A stretch of DNA of 64,000 bases from an uncultured delta proteobacterium (GTDB taxonomy: Bacteria; Desulfobacterota; Binatia; UBA9968): assembly GCA_963760795.1 (NCBI GenBank), contig CAVXEP010000020.1:96001-160000 (forward strand). Direction: 5' to 3'. Positions 62,702 to 64,000 of this stretch are shown one piece after another. Both the position numbers and the translations under genes were made by a program. Within the stretch, counting starts at the first letter, position 1. Each line of letters begins with the position of its first letter. The notes beneath the pieces are model-generated. The model was not told the origin of the DNA. It worked only from the letters and a program-made list of their open reading frames with translations, and did not search any database.

Positions 62702-63517
62702 ATGGCCCACGCACAACCCAACCCCTCGGCCCTCGCGGCGACAATGCACACGCCATTTGGCGTTCAGGCGCTCACGCTGCTCGGCCTGATCGCCATCTGG
62801 GAGTTCATCGGTCGCAGCGGCTTATTGTTCCCCGAGCTCTTTCCGTCGATCGTGGAAATCCTCCAATCCCTCTGGATCTACGTCACCACGCCGGTCATGC
62901 TGCCGCATCTAAAGGCCAGCCTCTATGAAGTCGGCGGAGCGATCGCCGTCGCCGCCCTCAGCGGCATTCCGCTGGGCATCCTCTGGGGCAGCAAGCGCAG
63001 CTGGTTGGAGATCGTCGAGCCGCTGATTCTCTACGCCGCCGTGGTGCCCAAGATCGTGATCTTCCCGGTGTTCATTTTGTTTCTCGGCATCGACGTTCAA
63101 TCCAAACTCGCGGTCGGCGCCATCGCCGCGTTCTTTCCGATTTCGCTGCTGACCATCGCCGGCATGCGCGAAGTAAAAAAGGTTTACGTCGACGTCGCCC
63201 GCACCATCGGCGCCAGTCCGATGCAGATCGCGAAAAATGTCTATCTCCCGGCCATCGCCGGCCAAGTCTTCACCGGTATTAGAATCGGTCTCGGCGCCGC
63301 CGTCACCGGCGCGCTGCTCGCGGAAACGAAAATCGCCAAAGCCGGCTTGGGCTTCATGATCGTCGAGTACTACGGCCAGTTCCGCATCGCCGATATGTAC
63401 TCGCTGCTCCTGTTCATCTTTATCCTCGCCTCGCTGGCCAACTGGGCGATGAAGTCGCTGTTCGGCGTGCTATCCCCGGTGTCACGCAAGAGCGGCGATG
63501 CCGGGATGTATTTTTAA
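62702..63517 (+). CDS. ABC permease
   Basis: VPKIVIFP, ARTIGAS, FTGIRIG..GALLAE. Confidence 0.88.
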   Translation: MAHAQPNPSALAATMHTPFGVQALTLLGLIAIWEFIGRSGLLFPELFPSIVEILQSLWIYVTTPVMLPHLKASLYEVGGAIAVAALSGIPLGILWGSKRSWLEIVEPLILYAAVVPKIVIFPVFILFLGIDVQSKLAVGAIAAFFPISLLTIAGMREVKKVYVDVARTIGASPMQIAKNVYLPAIAGQVFTGIRIGLGAAVTGALLAETKIAKAGLGFMIVEYYGQFRIADMYSLLLFIFILASLANWAMKSLFGVLSPVSRKSGDAGMYF

Positions 63518-63552
63518 CTGCGCGCTTTGAAGTAAATTGGAAAAGAGGTTTT

Positions 63553-63632
63553 CACCACGGAGATCACGAAGGACACGAAGGTTTTGGATGATTCAAATTC
63601 CGAACTTCGTTATCTTCGTGTCCTTCGTGGTG
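63553..63632. repeat. CACGAAG-unit periodic palindrome
   Basis: CACCACGGAGATCACGAAGGACACGAAG...CTTCGTTATCTTCGTGTCCTTCGTGGTG. Confidence 0.8.
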
Positions 63633-63663
63633 TAAGGAATTCCCACATTTGAAGAGGTTTACG

Positions 63664-64000
63664 TTGTCAAAACATGGCCGTGCAATTCTACTGCGTTTGC
63701 TGATATTAATTCTCGGCGCGCCGGCGCTGCTTTGCGCCCAGGAGCGCTACATCGCCAGCTACGCCGGCTTTGCCGGCTTTCAAGCGCCGCTCTGGGCGGC
63801 GCAGGATTTTGGCTTGCTCGCCAAGTACAACATCAACTTGGATCTGGTCATGATCCCCGGCTCGGCGCGCGGCGCTCAGGCGCTGATCGGCGGTAGCACT
63901 CATTTTGGCCAGATCGACGGCACCGCGCTGATCAGCGCCATCAATCAGGGCGCCGATCTGGTCTTCATCGGCGCGTCGTTGAATAAATTTCCATTCAGCT
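63664..64000 (+). CDS. ABC substrate-binding protein (partial, runs off the window)
   Basis: TTG start after GAGG; signal peptide, then AQERYIASYAGFAGFQAPLWAAQDFGLLAKYNINLDLVMIPG. Confidence 0.8.
   Translation, partial: MSKHGRAILLRLLILILGAPALLCAQERYIASYAGFAGFQAPLWAAQDFGLLAKYNINLDLVMIPGSARGAQALIGGSTHFGQIDGTALISAINQGADLVFIGASLNKFPFS

Overview
A GC-rich bacterial window with dense catabolic and transport content. The gene repertoire is reminiscent of Candidatus Binatia or similar uncultured lineages (inference only). It holds about 15 ABC substrate-binding proteins but only 3 ATPases, two class II aldolases, an ICL/PEP-mutase family enzyme, an LLM oxidoreductase, VOC proteins, amidohydrolases, a Rieske dioxygenase alpha/beta pair, a gentisate-dioxygenase-like cupin, a CoxSML-like Mo-hydroxylase, hydantoinase/oxoprolinase genes in B-A-B order, rtcB and a VapC toxin-antitoxin (TA) pair. 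About 20 genes carry indel frameshifts, probably long-read consensus errors. Highlights: (1) a selenoprotein missed by the ORF track, a GrdB-like gene that reads through TGA 30340-30342, has a SECIS-like hairpin 11 nt downstream and an atypical U-x-x-S-x-x-S motif, and is paired only with a divergent GrdE-like gene; (2) a roughly 300-nt structured leader with mutually exclusive helices upstream of an ABC importer (candidate new riboswitch); (3) an operon encoding a His-rich LVIVD protein, a rhodanese, CopC and a CopD-cytochrome c-redoxin fusion; (4) a TA cassette bracketed by two copies of the 3' end of an ABC binding-protein gene; (5) several families of short-period palindromic intergenic repeats. 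No rRNA, tRNA, CRISPR array, integrase or transposase was recognised.
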